A program made the translations under genes and the position numbers. Below, in pieces: positions 11,501-19,149 of a DNA stretch of 64,000 nt. How positions within the stretch are numbered: position 1 is the stretch's first letter; every line of letters begins with the position of its first letter. The stretch is from a virus. The notes under the pieces are model-generated. The model saw only the letters and a program-made list of their open reading frames with translations. It was not told where the DNA came from and did not search any database. The stretch lies in IMG/VR virus record IMGVR_UViG_3300013132_000028, positions 53,838 to 117,837 of that record. One strand, given 5' to 3'.

Positions 11501-14500
11501 CTTCCAACTCTCCTGGGTTGCCGTAGGCGTCGATCACTCCTTCGGTGAAGTCGTTGGCTTCGTCCTCGTCCATGCCGAGGGTGTCTTGCGCGTACTGGCG
11601 CAGCGCTGGGTTTACTCTCTTTTGTCCGTTGTCCGGACCCTCCATCATCCACGAGCCCCACACTGCGCGGAACGGATCGTCGGCACTGCCAAACTTGTCC
11701 TGGTCGAAGTGCTTCTCCAGCTGTGTGATGTAGTCCTTGTCTCCGGGGTCAGCTCCAATAAAGTCGTTGTAGACTGCTTCGGTTGCCTCGTCTACTTCAC
11801 CAGCAGCTATTTTTTCGTTGTACTGCTTCTTGTAGGCGTTCATAGCTGTAGAAAGTTCAAACGTCTTAGCCTGCTCCTCGTTTGTCTCGTCTATTTGCAG
11901 CTTGTCGTTGCCCTCGCTCAAAATCTTGACGGAGTCCATCTCGTCCAGGTCTGCCTGCGTAGGAAATACGTCTGCCAGGTCTGGAGACTCTTGGCCGACG
12001 GTCTCCTCACCCTTGCGGGAGTCTAGCAGCGCCTTTACATTTTTGTTTTCACCCAGCTTTGCGTCATACAGCTGTGCCACGTAGAGCTCTGCGTCTACGC
12101 CCTGTTCCTCGAGCGCCTTGTACAGCGCCTCAGCCGGCACGTACTCCGAGCCAGCGTTGAACTCGAGCATGCCGAAGCCAGAGGCAGGAGCAGTGTCCTT
12201 GTCCATGGTCTTGACGCCAGAGTCGGCGGCCTGCTTCTTTTTACTCTTTGGCTTTGGTCCAGGTTTTTTAGGCGCGTCTTCGTCCATCATCTCGTCGGGG
12301 TCAAAGTCGTCTATATCAGAGTCAAAGTCCTCGTCTGCGTATGCGTCAAACTCACTCTGCTTGTTTATGAGCGCCTTGGCCAGACTCTCGCGTAGCTCCG
12401 CCTCTGCGTAGCGGTTGCCGATCTCTACCGGGTCGTCAGTGTAGTCCGAGCTTTCCTGTCCCTCTGCTGGTCCCTCCGGAGAAAACGTTTCTAAGTTCAT
12501 CTTGTAGGCGGTGCTCGGTACGCTGTACGAGAACGGTTTGGACTCTGTCGGCACTGTCTTCTTCTGCTGCTGCGGTGCTGCAGGCTTCTCAACGTCTTCT
12601 GGGCCGTCTAGTCGTGGCTTGCCAGCGACCATCTCGTCTATCTCGGTCGAGCTCCACAGGTTTCCGTTCTGTAGTCTCTCTGAGAGTTTTACTACTGATT
12701 TTTCGTCAGGACTCTGCTTGTCTGCCCAGGCTGCGTCAGCTGCTCTCTGTCTGATGTCATCTACCTTTGCGTCTTTAGCTAGCGCCTCGACTATGTCTGC
12801 TCGTCTGGCGCTCTCTGCCTTTACCGCGTCGATAGTTTTTTGTTCTGCACCGATCTCTTCTAGGGTCTTGACTAGCTTGGCTCTCTTTTCAGCTGCGCTT
12901 TGTTTTAGTGCCTCGATAAACTCTGGTCTGTCTTTGAAGGTTTTGAACTCTAGGCCATCGGACTGTCCAAACACGTACGGTGCACGGAGCGAGCCGTCTT
13001 CATTCTGTTCGAGTCGGGCCACTACTATGTCGCCGCCGTCGCTAAGCTCGAGTGCGTTGTTCTTTACAAACTCCGTGTCGTTGACGTCGTACTTTTTCGG
13101 AGTAGGGTCTGCGTCAAACAACTCTCCTTGGCCTGGGTCCAACGGGTTTAGTTCCTTGCCCATGCCGCTGTCTTTGTACATTCCTGGTATGCTGACTACT
13201 TCGCTTGGTGGACGAACGTTCTTCTCGTCCGGCGTCACTGCTGACCAGCCTGGCTCGAGCGGATTGCCCTGGTTGTCTATGCGGTCTGCGGCCTGTTTTT
13301 TGAGCATGGCCATGCGCTCTGCTACGTGCTCGGCGTGCAGTGCCTTGGCCTGCTCGTTGAACTTATCTACTTTTACCTGCCAGGCGTCCCACGTGTCGCT
13401 CTTTAGTCTGGCCTTTACCTCGCGCTCTTCTACGCTCTTGTCGAGTCTAGGCTCGTCGGTCTTAATGATTTTCTGTGTGTCTGCCCAGTTTTGTGCAACG
13501 CCGATCGGAACTAACTTTGGTTTACCGTTTGAGTCTTGGTCCATTCGGGTTGCGATGTAGTACGGCTTTTGCTTGTCCCAGGCGCCGTTCTCGCCGTCGC
13601 CGATTAGCTCACGTACCTCACGCTTGTCAGGCTCTAGACTTTCCTGTGACTCGTTGTGTTTGCGTATTTCTGCGATGGTGTCTTTCAAACTTTGGTCTGG
13701 CTTGTCTACCTTTGTCACCGCGTACTCGTCGTCTGTGCTCATGTACGTCGTGCGACCCTGCAGAGTGTCCTTGTAAACTCTGAAGCCGGCTGGTGCCTCT
13801 ACTAGTTTGATGTCTGCTTCAGTCAAAACTTTGTCTTTTGAGCTGTAGCGTGCTTCGCCCTTTTTATCTACGTCTACGCTTGGCTTGAGTACGGCCTTTA
13901 CGCCGGAGGTGGCTTGGGCCGGTACTCTGTAAATCTTTCCGTCTGGTGTTTGTACGTCAAACGTGTCTGTGTCTACGTCTGCCGCCACAGTGCGTCCAGT
14001 TACCCAGCTGACCAAACCGTCTGCTGCCTTTAGCAGCCACCTAAGTCCGCCACCCATCTCGGCAAACTGTCCCTCTGAGTCGCGGCGTTGTAGCATTGCA
14101 CGAGCTCTGCGGGCGGCTGACGAGTTACCGTCTTTTAGAGCTGCAACTATTGTCTGTGCTTCTACACTTAGTACGTCGTTTGGTACAAATCGACCAATTA
14201 CCGACTGAAGCTGTGCTACGGCGTGAACTTGCGCAGGAGTTCCAACAGGAGCGCCAAACGCAGACGCTACGACTGTGCGAAGGTCGTCTTCCAGCCTTGG
14301 GTCCGTGGACAGCCATCGACCACGAGCCTGGCGCAGCGCCGAGGCAGTCATCGAGTGGGTGCGGCTGCACAGCGGGTGTGACAGTGGCAGCAGGTCTGTA
14401 TTCTCTGCAAAAGTCGCCGTCTTGTTGCTTGGGTTCTGGCTCATGGAGATAAAGGTGCCTAAGTCGCGCAGCGCCTGGTACTCTCTGATAGAGAAGGACA

Positions 14501-14723
14501 GTCCTCGCGTGCGGTCCAGCGACCTGCGTACTACTGTCATGGCCGCGCGTTTCGTGACGCGACGTTCTGGCAGCACCTTTGGATTCTCGTTGGCTAAGTA
14601 CGCCAACACGCTGTTGTACAGCAGCTGCGCCTGCTTTTGTACGGTGAGTCGCTGTGGTCTCTTGGCCGTGGCCGCTTTTTTGTCGATGGCGTTTACGAGC
14701 TTGTTTAGTATGTCGCTGCTCAC
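5550..14723 (-). CDS. Giant polyvalent virion-associated protein (PI3K/HipA-like kinase, WYL, SH3/KOW-like repeats, ART-like domains), 3057 aa
   Basis: Uninterrupted ORF between portal and protease. Kinase-like LGSNEGG..YYVK..NEVLAS..DAWLANWD..N..RVDTGGAL at about 9900-10585; WYL-like AIKDKKLLKFVYNGKERTVRP at about 8480-8680. Confidence 0.75.
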   Translation of the reverse strand: MSSDILNKLVNAIDKKAATAKRPQRLTVQKQAQLLYNSVLAYLANENPKVLPERRVTKRAAMTVVRRSLDRTRGLSFSIREYQALRDLGTFISMSQNPSNKTATFAENTDLLPLSHPLCSRTHSMTASALRQARGRWLSTDPRLEDDLRTVVASAFGAPVGTPAQVHAVAQLQSVIGRFVPNDVLSVEAQTIVAALKDGNSSAARRARAMLQRRDSEGQFAEMGGGLRWLLKAADGLVSWVTGRTVAADVDTDTFDVQTPDGKIYRVPAQATSGVKAVLKPSVDVDKKGEARYSSKDKVLTEADIKLVEAPAGFRVYKDTLQGRTTYMSTDDEYAVTKVDKPDQSLKDTIAEIRKHNESQESLEPDKREVRELIGDGENGAWDKQKPYYIATRMDQDSNGKPKLVPIGVAQNWADTQKIIKTDEPRLDKSVEEREVKARLKSDTWDAWQVKVDKFNEQAKALHAEHVAERMAMLKKQAADRIDNQGNPLEPGWSAVTPDEKNVRPPSEVVSIPGMYKDSGMGKELNPLDPGQGELFDADPTPKKYDVNDTEFVKNNALELSDGGDIVVARLEQNEDGSLRAPYVFGQSDGLEFKTFKDRPEFIEALKQSAAEKRAKLVKTLEEIGAEQKTIDAVKAESARRADIVEALAKDAKVDDIRQRAADAAWADKQSPDEKSVVKLSERLQNGNLWSSTEIDEMVAGKPRLDGPEDVEKPAAPQQQKKTVPTESKPFSYSVPSTAYKMNLETFSPEGPAEGQESSDYTDDPVEIGNRYAEAELRESLAKALINKQSEFDAYADEDFDSDIDDFDPDEMMDEDAPKKPGPKPKSKKKQAADSGVKTMDKDTAPASGFGMLEFNAGSEYVPAEALYKALEEQGVDAELYVAQLYDAKLGENKNVKALLDSRKGEETVGQESPDLADVFPTQADLDEMDSVKILSEGNDKLQIDETNEEQAKTFELSTAMNAYKKQYNEKIAAGEVDEATEAVYNDFIGADPGDKDYITQLEKHFDQDKFGSADDPFRAVWGSWMMEGPDNGQKRVNPALRQYAQDTLGMDEDEANDFTEGVIDAYGNPGELEEAIAAIEAEPELFNSSDAKYATAQALLKMSAVNSGTNATKVWKSYDLSDDQGFADALSEEGNVVSFPPDSWKKATGDIDDVLEGKSGDGTFVVVIDEGNGTSTPIGEERELVWGQYAVESVVDKDGRRIVRLRKLTPAENISINEDGNYLPYLIPNESIDLPEGYNLPDTDAYASEYNGADGNEVAAGFPEGFTDSPLYIADNWDTETLIDSLRIAVEPDLEEESAGYAILEYPLDGGTDILVSGQAIRDALQIQGVNTNLFFRDLAGTGDEVAPPSEEDVARQNKPALSKSKNPTGAIGTSVGSSFDITGWKKVGNQLGSNEGGTYEAPDGSKYYVKTPKSPLHAGNEVLASALYRRADVDGADTFFGVDEAGNMVTVSPILPDAKPDMAKKIDEPSYKKALQNGFAVDAWLANWDVAGLAMDNVVSVDGKPNRVDTGGALLMRAMGKPKGELFGDKADEWETLRDPDMNPQAAKIFGDMTEPELKASASKLLDITRADIDSLVAAAFPDEPVLQKTVADKLEMRRMDILERAGLTDKDTTVTVKNLKDAPAPADEDELTPGDAYVIAEDFADETLDAIKMYREQTDLPVEDLDLKEKLDELEKTVQQKKPVDNPGDIAEIQDEVEKVADYMQEKHGKGGEFKSIAENLRIAGDVAKKDKIDVVKSPVITAEEVDTSKYAKKAGDTQWFDDANPPKLSDDGNFVEVTLNDIGGDMPRFGGDEGPVDLAERGVPYIVAEGTAQDNTYDIQVRVPLDKMDEFTETWNELRQADLGPYTQAPAGYYEKPENFFGDVYRNAKADASAPKPEKLAVETPAEGSSPVGKSLSADGKTPIAAGMKVKSTKTGEVGVVSKLDVYKKKGVVFPDYAWVKFDGKKDKQLKTTKTLQIVDDGGFPEGGPGGGEPDTPAPTTPAPSSEPAVPLSPEPAPTAADDAVVLKTSETLEALHDQISKAIKDKKLLKFVYNGKERTVRPLNSWDNPKTGTKNLVAEDLGDGGKKKNFSTHLIESSASASADPVKPKPAELSAEQKYTAPPEPQLGTTDSYKVTNINDTTTFVSGSYFLNETVEYTPKELTELLGKPYEYGSGDKVQQEWSMRFESPDGAAIFARLYDWKTPDSLDPDKKYDWHIGGNNAKAVELVKNLLEAKKKEKSGAAEPKSSTTKTPVGNPALALDKKDLDNPELYEKKDTKVENLKVGDYIPYGSGWARVSSHGAAYNKGKKTHKFRMFLQHTNGNQQYVEYSGKTVIKSTRSPKSGTEINTPQPTVPNPPPPPSSSSQSESPLKSYTPDEWADATKKTVANNEIDFGPFDTNSALKYGALAAKNYIEEFTRYNALETTKEKSQIDYVAYSQYSGVFIVGVKDQPKPGIITSDGKITVASETNEYYKDNPHFQHVQADSPHATWLGLAFEKDDLAPIKDQFAPPPGANQKFKKDRFNNWLYKGVTVTDANGDEGVIYGFPGAKGYENYVQVQFLDGSKKVRSVDKVTGGRLFDQTKLTEAGPGVNVPELDDPDLASVDWSQSELTGAGVKSLVDAVAHVQSSPAAGARGRSAAVDAGDVEDLDVHMMTIVDGDKTYTRASFKLTSWAGDDLVAELLKKVPNTDEYDLLINQGIRMPKMRRNADGSMAIVKSGSQMDVEYSSSYNETTTYVITDKITGAVIRVYRANRDSKPVSSLNTSREGLAFHNRVEVLVPEQQDATSTANAIARGMKLGGVRAPRPATKEDVRVLAENRLISIFGKEIDPAKNVVGAARKAKLKAIEKLLGLPYEQMWLNLDTPAYDLNDRLSYRTSNAIAEYMVKKTETGAITHSFGIKGANNADSAAQEMFNLLMLEDGLKATSVRWTEGIGGQGDSSDADIRTGGADYLFTKPKATMKPYSVAADSHAYFHFDPLKLYSRLDFWANFKDQYGKRMKETDPIGEIKPAKPTSGSGTYELMFKNGISWADLAIISVSPAVRERLVKMLLDNGVPPEKYGASSWDDLIPVKK

Positions 14724-15520
14724 TGTGCCACCTCCTGTCTCGGCAGTAGGTCTAGGTCCTTGGAGGCGGTGCTCAGCTCAGCCAGTGCCAGTGCACGCTC
14801 GAACGGAGACTCTCCGTCTCGTACGGCGCGTAGCCAGGCCGCTCTGATGGCCGGCTCGGCTTGGTAGCCTAGTCCAGAAAACTCTGTCAGGGCGAGGACT
14901 GCTTGCTCTGGGTTCTCGTACTCACTCGGCTCTAGCAGCACGACAGAAAGTTCATCGGTCCACGCTACTTCGGCCGAAGCAAGTATCGAGTTGCTTTTCT
15001 TGGTCGAACGCGGGTGCTTTGCAGGAAGCAAGTCGTTGTCAGTGGTGTAGTTCGCGTTCTTTGGCCTGCCGCTCCTCAGCAGTTTTAGAAAAGCGTTGAC
15101 CCTAGCTGCGGCCCACTGGTCGCGCGTCATGCCTGGACGGTGACTGCCGGAGAATGCTCCTGCGCCGCGTCTGTACACTGCCTTGAGCATAGCGCTTGAC
15201 GCCTTGCGTCCCTCCGGTGCCTTCTCGTTGTGCTTGCGTACTTTCTCGGCGAGCATGGCTTCAGTCCGCTTTGAAAACTTAATTGACTTTGACTTTTTTG
15301 CGGTGGCAGACTTTGGCTTGTTTTTACTGGAGCCACGTACGCGCTCGCTGCGCTTTGCCTTCGGATGACGCTTGCCGACGGCCAGTTTCTCGATGTTCGA
15401 GGCTTCGTCTGGCACGCAGTTAGGAACTAGCTTTCCGTTTTTTCTTTTCATTCCGACTTGTTTGTAGCCCTTCCAACACGGCTTGGCGGCGCTCACGATG
15501 CTCTCTTCTTCGTACGACAC
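14720..15520 (-). CDS. Head-associated protein with PCWKGY module and DUF5824-like domain
   Basis: PCWKGYKQVGMK...VPNCVP and LKAVYRRGAGAF...QWAAARVNAFL motifs. Confidence 0.65.
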   Translation of the reverse strand: MSYEEESIVSAAKPCWKGYKQVGMKRKNGKLVPNCVPDEASNIEKLAVGKRHPKAKRSERVRGSSKNKPKSATAKKSKSIKFSKRTEAMLAEKVRKHNEKAPEGRKASSAMLKAVYRRGAGAFSGSHRPGMTRDQWAAARVNAFLKLLRSGRPKNANYTTDNDLLPAKHPRSTKKSNSILASAEVAWTDELSVVLLEPSEYENPEQAVLALTEFSGLGYQAEPAIRAAWLRAVRDGESPFERALALAELSTASKDLDLLPRQEVAQ

Positions 15521-15522
15521 GT

Positions 15523-17310
15523 CTAGGCCTTTGGCTCAGTTGGCAGTTCACCTGGGTCGGGTGCCTGTGCTGGCTCCCGTTCCGCCGGTGGTGCTACGTC
15601 TGTTGTCGGCTCCTCTGTCGTTTCTGTCGCTTCTGGTTGTGTTGCTCCTCGTGCAAGGTCCATGACTCGTTGTACGTCTGCAGGCAAATCTTCGGTGGCG
15701 TTACCACGAACTCTGGCCATGGTGTCCGGTGTAAACACTGTAAGCATGGCTTCTGTAAGCTCTGGAGTAATCTGACCCTTCTCTACTAGTATGCGAAGCG
15801 CTACCTCTGTCTCCGACGGTGCGTCGGCGCTTGAAAAGCCGTGAGCGCTGCGCCAAGCGTCTCCAGAAATAATGTGTCGGTCGTAGCCTAGATCTGCGTC
15901 TGATGCGCGGTCGTTGCGCGTGGACACGGCGCTCGGGTCATACCAAATAGTTAGCTTGTCTACCTCTGACGGAGTGTACCCATTGCTGATTAGGTACGGT
16001 CTGAAGTACACTACGGTGAGCGCGTCTACAATCAGCAGCATCAGCGGCTCGATGTGGGCTTTGTACATAGACTCGTCGATCTGCAGCGCGTTTGAGTACT
16101 TGATGTTTGCCATGCCGGTGACTACGTCCTTAGGAATGTCAATACCCTGCAAGATACGCTCCAGCACTCTGTCGGCACGCTGAGCCAGCTCAGGGTCAAA
16201 CGAGCGCTCAAACTTGAACTGCTTGATCTTGTCGCCGAGCTCTGCAGGTCCGCGAATGATGAGCGGAACGACTGCGCTGGCGGAGTCCTCGTCGCGGATT
16301 GGCGTGGTCATCGCGTCGATGAGCTGGTCCTCGAACTCGTCTTCTGCTTCCTGCGTGACTGCTCCCGGGTTGAGCAAGTCGTCGTCAATTACGTCCGGGT
16401 CACCGCTGGCGGCGACGGACAAACCGTCTGGTAGGTACAGTGCTCCAGCGTTTAGGCGCGAACGAGCTGTGGCACGAAATGTTCTGTTTAGCAGTAGCAG
16501 CTCAGCGCAGAGATCGAGCATGCCGCGTAGGCTGGAGTCTGCCTCGTCGGAGAAGCGAGGGTGTGCTCTCCAAATGCGTCCGACAAACGCGTTGCCAGGT
16601 AGCTCATAGCCGCCTCGTCTCGAGCCGGCCTGTCCACCGCCCATCTGCTCACGACGGCTGATGAGTGAGAATGATCTGTTCTTGTTGGTGACGGCGACCA
16701 CCTCGTCGGTGCTTTTAATGTCCCAAGACTCTGGAATACCGGAACCAGGTCTAGCCGGTACCTGTACTAAATAGCACTCGCCACAAACACTGAGATTCAG
16801 CGCTGCGTCTCGCAGTAAACCAGGTTGACCACCGTACGCGGAGTCCAGGCGGGTGATTGCGCGCTCCGCCGCCATTGCTAGGTTTTTGTCTACACTTTGT
16901 ACGTCTCTCACTGACTTAGGCGCCTCTGACGGATCGTCGATTATTGCGGGATAGAGACGAATACGCGAGATTACTGAGGCCACTAGATTGAAGGCGTACT
17001 TGATCTCGCCGATGGCGTCGTAGTACTCCCACGCTTCTCTCTGCCAAGCAGAGCTGGCGGAGTTGCGGCGAAGTCTAAATTGTTCGTACTCGTCGCGGCT
17101 GTTCATCTTTACCTGCACCGCAGCCGCGGTCATTACACGCGGTGAGTTAAAGGGCCCTGCCGTTGCCGGAGAAAGAAATATAGACGACAGTCCTCTTGAA
17201 CTGGGAATGACTGTGTTAGAAATAGTTTTGTCAGCCGCGGAAGATGCACGCAAAGAAACGGCCGATGTCGTAGGTTCGTCAGAGCTTGGAGTACGTCTGA
17301 ATATGCTCAA
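15523..17310 (-). CDS. Portal protein
   Basis: WQREAWEYYDAIGEIKY, WRAHPR...ADS, ARSRL.AG, DSASAVVP match actinophage portals; start re-called to TTG at 17310 after AGGAG. Confidence 0.75.
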   Translation of the reverse strand: MSIFRRTPSSDEPTTSAVSLRASSAADKTISNTVIPSSRGLSSIFLSPATAGPFNSPRVMTAAAVQVKMNSRDEYEQFRLRRNSASSAWQREAWEYYDAIGEIKYAFNLVASVISRIRLYPAIIDDPSEAPKSVRDVQSVDKNLAMAAERAITRLDSAYGGQPGLLRDAALNLSVCGECYLVQVPARPGSGIPESWDIKSTDEVVAVTNKNRSFSLISRREQMGGGQAGSRRGGYELPGNAFVGRIWRAHPRFSDEADSSLRGMLDLCAELLLLNRTFRATARSRLNAGALYLPDGLSVAASGDPDVIDDDLLNPGAVTQEAEDEFEDQLIDAMTTPIRDEDSASAVVPLIIRGPAELGDKIKQFKFERSFDPELAQRADRVLERILQGIDIPKDVVTGMANIKYSNALQIDESMYKAHIEPLMLLIVDALTVVYFRPYLISNGYTPSEVDKLTIWYDPSAVSTRNDRASDADLGYDRHIISGDAWRSAHGFSSADAPSETEVALRILVEKGQITPELTEAMLTVFTPDTMARVRGNATEDLPADVQRVMDLARGATQPEATETTEEPTTDVAPPAEREPAQAPDPGELPTEPKA

Positions 17311-17417
17311 GTTTTTCTCCTGCACGGTCGTTTGGGCACGGAGTATGACGTCTGTCCCGGAGAACAATTTTCATACGCGGTGATGCGGCAATCATACACG
17401 CAAAATGGGCAGTGCTA

Positions 17418-17705
17418 CTACAGTTTTTGAACCTCGTGCAGCGTCCTCGCCAGGTCGGCTATGTCCTCGAGTGAGAGCACCACGGCCACTTCTGGCCCGG
17501 CCATCTCCTCTATCTGGTCCAGCAGGGGAGAGAGCTCCTCCCGGCTGAGACCGCTCCTTTGGCAGAGGTATCTCTGCATTTCTTCCAGCACCCTGGCCAG
17601 GTTGTTCTGCACGTCGTCTATGGACATCTGTATCAGCTCCAGCCTGAGCTTCATGTCCTCTACACTGTCCTGCTTGTCATACTTCCAGGCATCATCGTGG
17701 TGCAT
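17418..17705 (-). CDS. Hypothetical protein
   Basis: 95-aa acidic helical ORF with GAGG RBS. Confidence 0.55.
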   Translation of the reverse strand: MHHDDAWKYDKQDSVEDMKLRLELIQMSIDDVQNNLARVLEEMQRYLCQRSGLSREELSPLLDQIEEMAGPEVAVVLSLEDIADLARTLHEVQKL

Positions 17706-17757
17706 ATTCAGCCTCGTTTCCCCCGGATGTTTGGCTTCCAGATGGTATTATTTTAGT

Positions 17758-18387
17758 ATGACGTGTATAGTCGCAGTTACGGCAGCAGGCCGAGTTATTA
17801 TGGCGGCCGAGCGAGGCAACAGCGACGACTCGCTTATAGTATCGTCTTTAGATTCAAAGATCGTTACCCGCGGTGAGTTTCTTTTTGGCTACTCGGGCAG
17901 CACAGGGGTCGGGCAAGCGTTTCAATACGGATTTACGATACCACCGATAAAGAACAGAAAAAACATCACTGCGCACATGGTAAGCGTGGTCGTACCTGCT
18001 ATGCGCGAGTTCTACAGAGAAAACAGCCTCAGCTGGACCGGGGACCCGAAGGAGGACGACGGGTGCACTCTGCTCTTTGGTGTGTCCGGAAGAATATACG
18101 AGTGTGACCTTTCTGACTTCCAGATGGTTGAGTACAAGGAGCTGGCCATCGGCTCTGGCGGCAACTACGCCCTGGGCTCACTCTACTCCACTAAGCACAT
18201 AAAAGACCCAAAAATCCGTCTGCGGCTAGCGGTAGAGGCCGCCATCGAGTACAGTCCCTCCTGCCGAGGACCGATAGACTACTTCTACGAAAACCCGTCC
18301 AAGGTCCGCAGGAAAAAAAGTACGAAGACTAAAACTGGTAAAAATAAAAAATCAAAAGGTCAGGCGTCTAAATCTAAGTCTTCTTGA
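17758..18387 (+). CDS. HslV/proteasome-beta-like Ntn peptidase
   Basis: Re-called start MTCIVAV puts Thr at the N-terminus; AIGSGGNYALG and AAIEYSPSC motifs; leaderless (TATTAT 6 nt upstream). Confidence 0.8.
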   Translation: MTCIVAVTAAGRVIMAAERGNSDDSLIVSSLDSKIVTRGEFLFGYSGSTGVGQAFQYGFTIPPIKNRKNITAHMVSVVVPAMREFYRENSLSWTGDPKEDDGCTLLFGVSGRIYECDLSDFQMVEYKELAIGSGGNYALGSLYSTKHIKDPKIRLRLAVEAAIEYSPSCRGPIDYFYENPSKVRRKKSTKTKTGKNKKSKGQASKSKSS

Positions 18388-18476
18388 TTCTTCAGTACGT
18401 TCCAGGTAGTCAGGGCAAAGACCACTCCGCCGGCCATCAGTACCAGCAGAACTAGTAGCAGCTTCTTCAGTCTCAT
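18360..18476 (-). CDS. Small membrane protein
   Basis: MRLKKLLLVLLVLMAGGVVF, one TM; starts right after the upstream stop. Confidence 0.45.
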   Translation of the reverse strand: MRLKKLLLVLLVLMAGGVVFALTTWNVLKNQEDLDLDA

Positions 18477-18477
18477 G

Positions 18478-18843
18478 TTATCTGGTGGACGTGACGTTCT
18501 GGTAGGGGTTCCAAGCTCTGAGGCGACTGCCGCAGCCACAGTTGTCGTCGCGCTGCCAGGCCAGCGACTTACCGCTGAGAGTCCTGATGTGGTGCACTCC
18601 GTTGCTTTTATTGGCCGGCGCAATCCTGTGCTTGTACTCCTCCTTGAAGATTAGCTCTGGACCCTGCAGAGAGTCCACTGCGATGGCGACTGTCGTGTCT
18701 GTGACGAACACGCGGGCACGGGATACCCGGTACACCCCTTGCGGGAGAGCGTTGTCATTCAGCTCAAGAGTGCCTAGGGCTTTTGTGTAGGTGTTGTCAG
18801 CCAAGACGCAGTTAGCGGGAAAGGTGTCGCTTAGAATACGCAT
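18478..18843 (-). CDS. Hypothetical protein (CGCGSRL motif)
   Basis: 121-aa ORF in operon. Confidence 0.6.
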   Translation of the reverse strand: MRILSDTFPANCVLADNTYTKALGTLELNDNALPQGVYRVSRARVFVTDTTVAIAVDSLQGPELIFKEEYKHRIAPANKSNGVHHIRTLSGKSLAWQRDDNCGCGSRLRAWNPYQNVTSTR

Positions 18844-18861
18844 TTGTGTTATTCGTCCCTG

Positions 18862-19149
18862 TCATTTTTGTGTAAACTCGTAGTGTGCCCACCCTAGCAC
18901 ACTTTTAGCCACCTCGAGTGGTAAAACTATGGTCTGCTCCACGGGGGCGCTGTTGAGAATGTCGATGGCCTCTTCTGAGGAGCCTGCTAGCAGACAGTCC
19001 GCGTAGGCTGGGTCCGCGAGAAGTACGTCGAGCGGTCGTGCCAGGGGAACCTGTGAAGCAGCGCTGGTGACCGTCGACATAGTTCGTGCACGCGGGTGCT
19101 TGGCGTTCGGCTTGTTTATCCAGACGGTGACTACGTAGTTCTTGCTCAA
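18862..19149 (-). CDS. Hypothetical protein
   Basis: Overlaps upstream stop; GGAG RBS. Confidence 0.55.
   Translation of the reverse strand: MSKNYVVTVWINKPNAKHPRARTMSTVTSAASQVPLARPLDVLLADPAYADCLLAGSSEEAIDILNSAPVEQTIVLPLEVAKSVLGWAHYEFTQK

Noticed and set aside
168-17383. Many plus-strand ORFs over the head module
   Set aside because: Antisense shadows of long minus-strand genes; Ser/Leu/Phe-rich, with no RBS or motifs.
17461-17757. N-terminal extension of the HslV-like ORF
   Set aside because: Overlaps a minus-strand gene, and Ntn peptidases need the N-terminal Thr given by ATG 17758.
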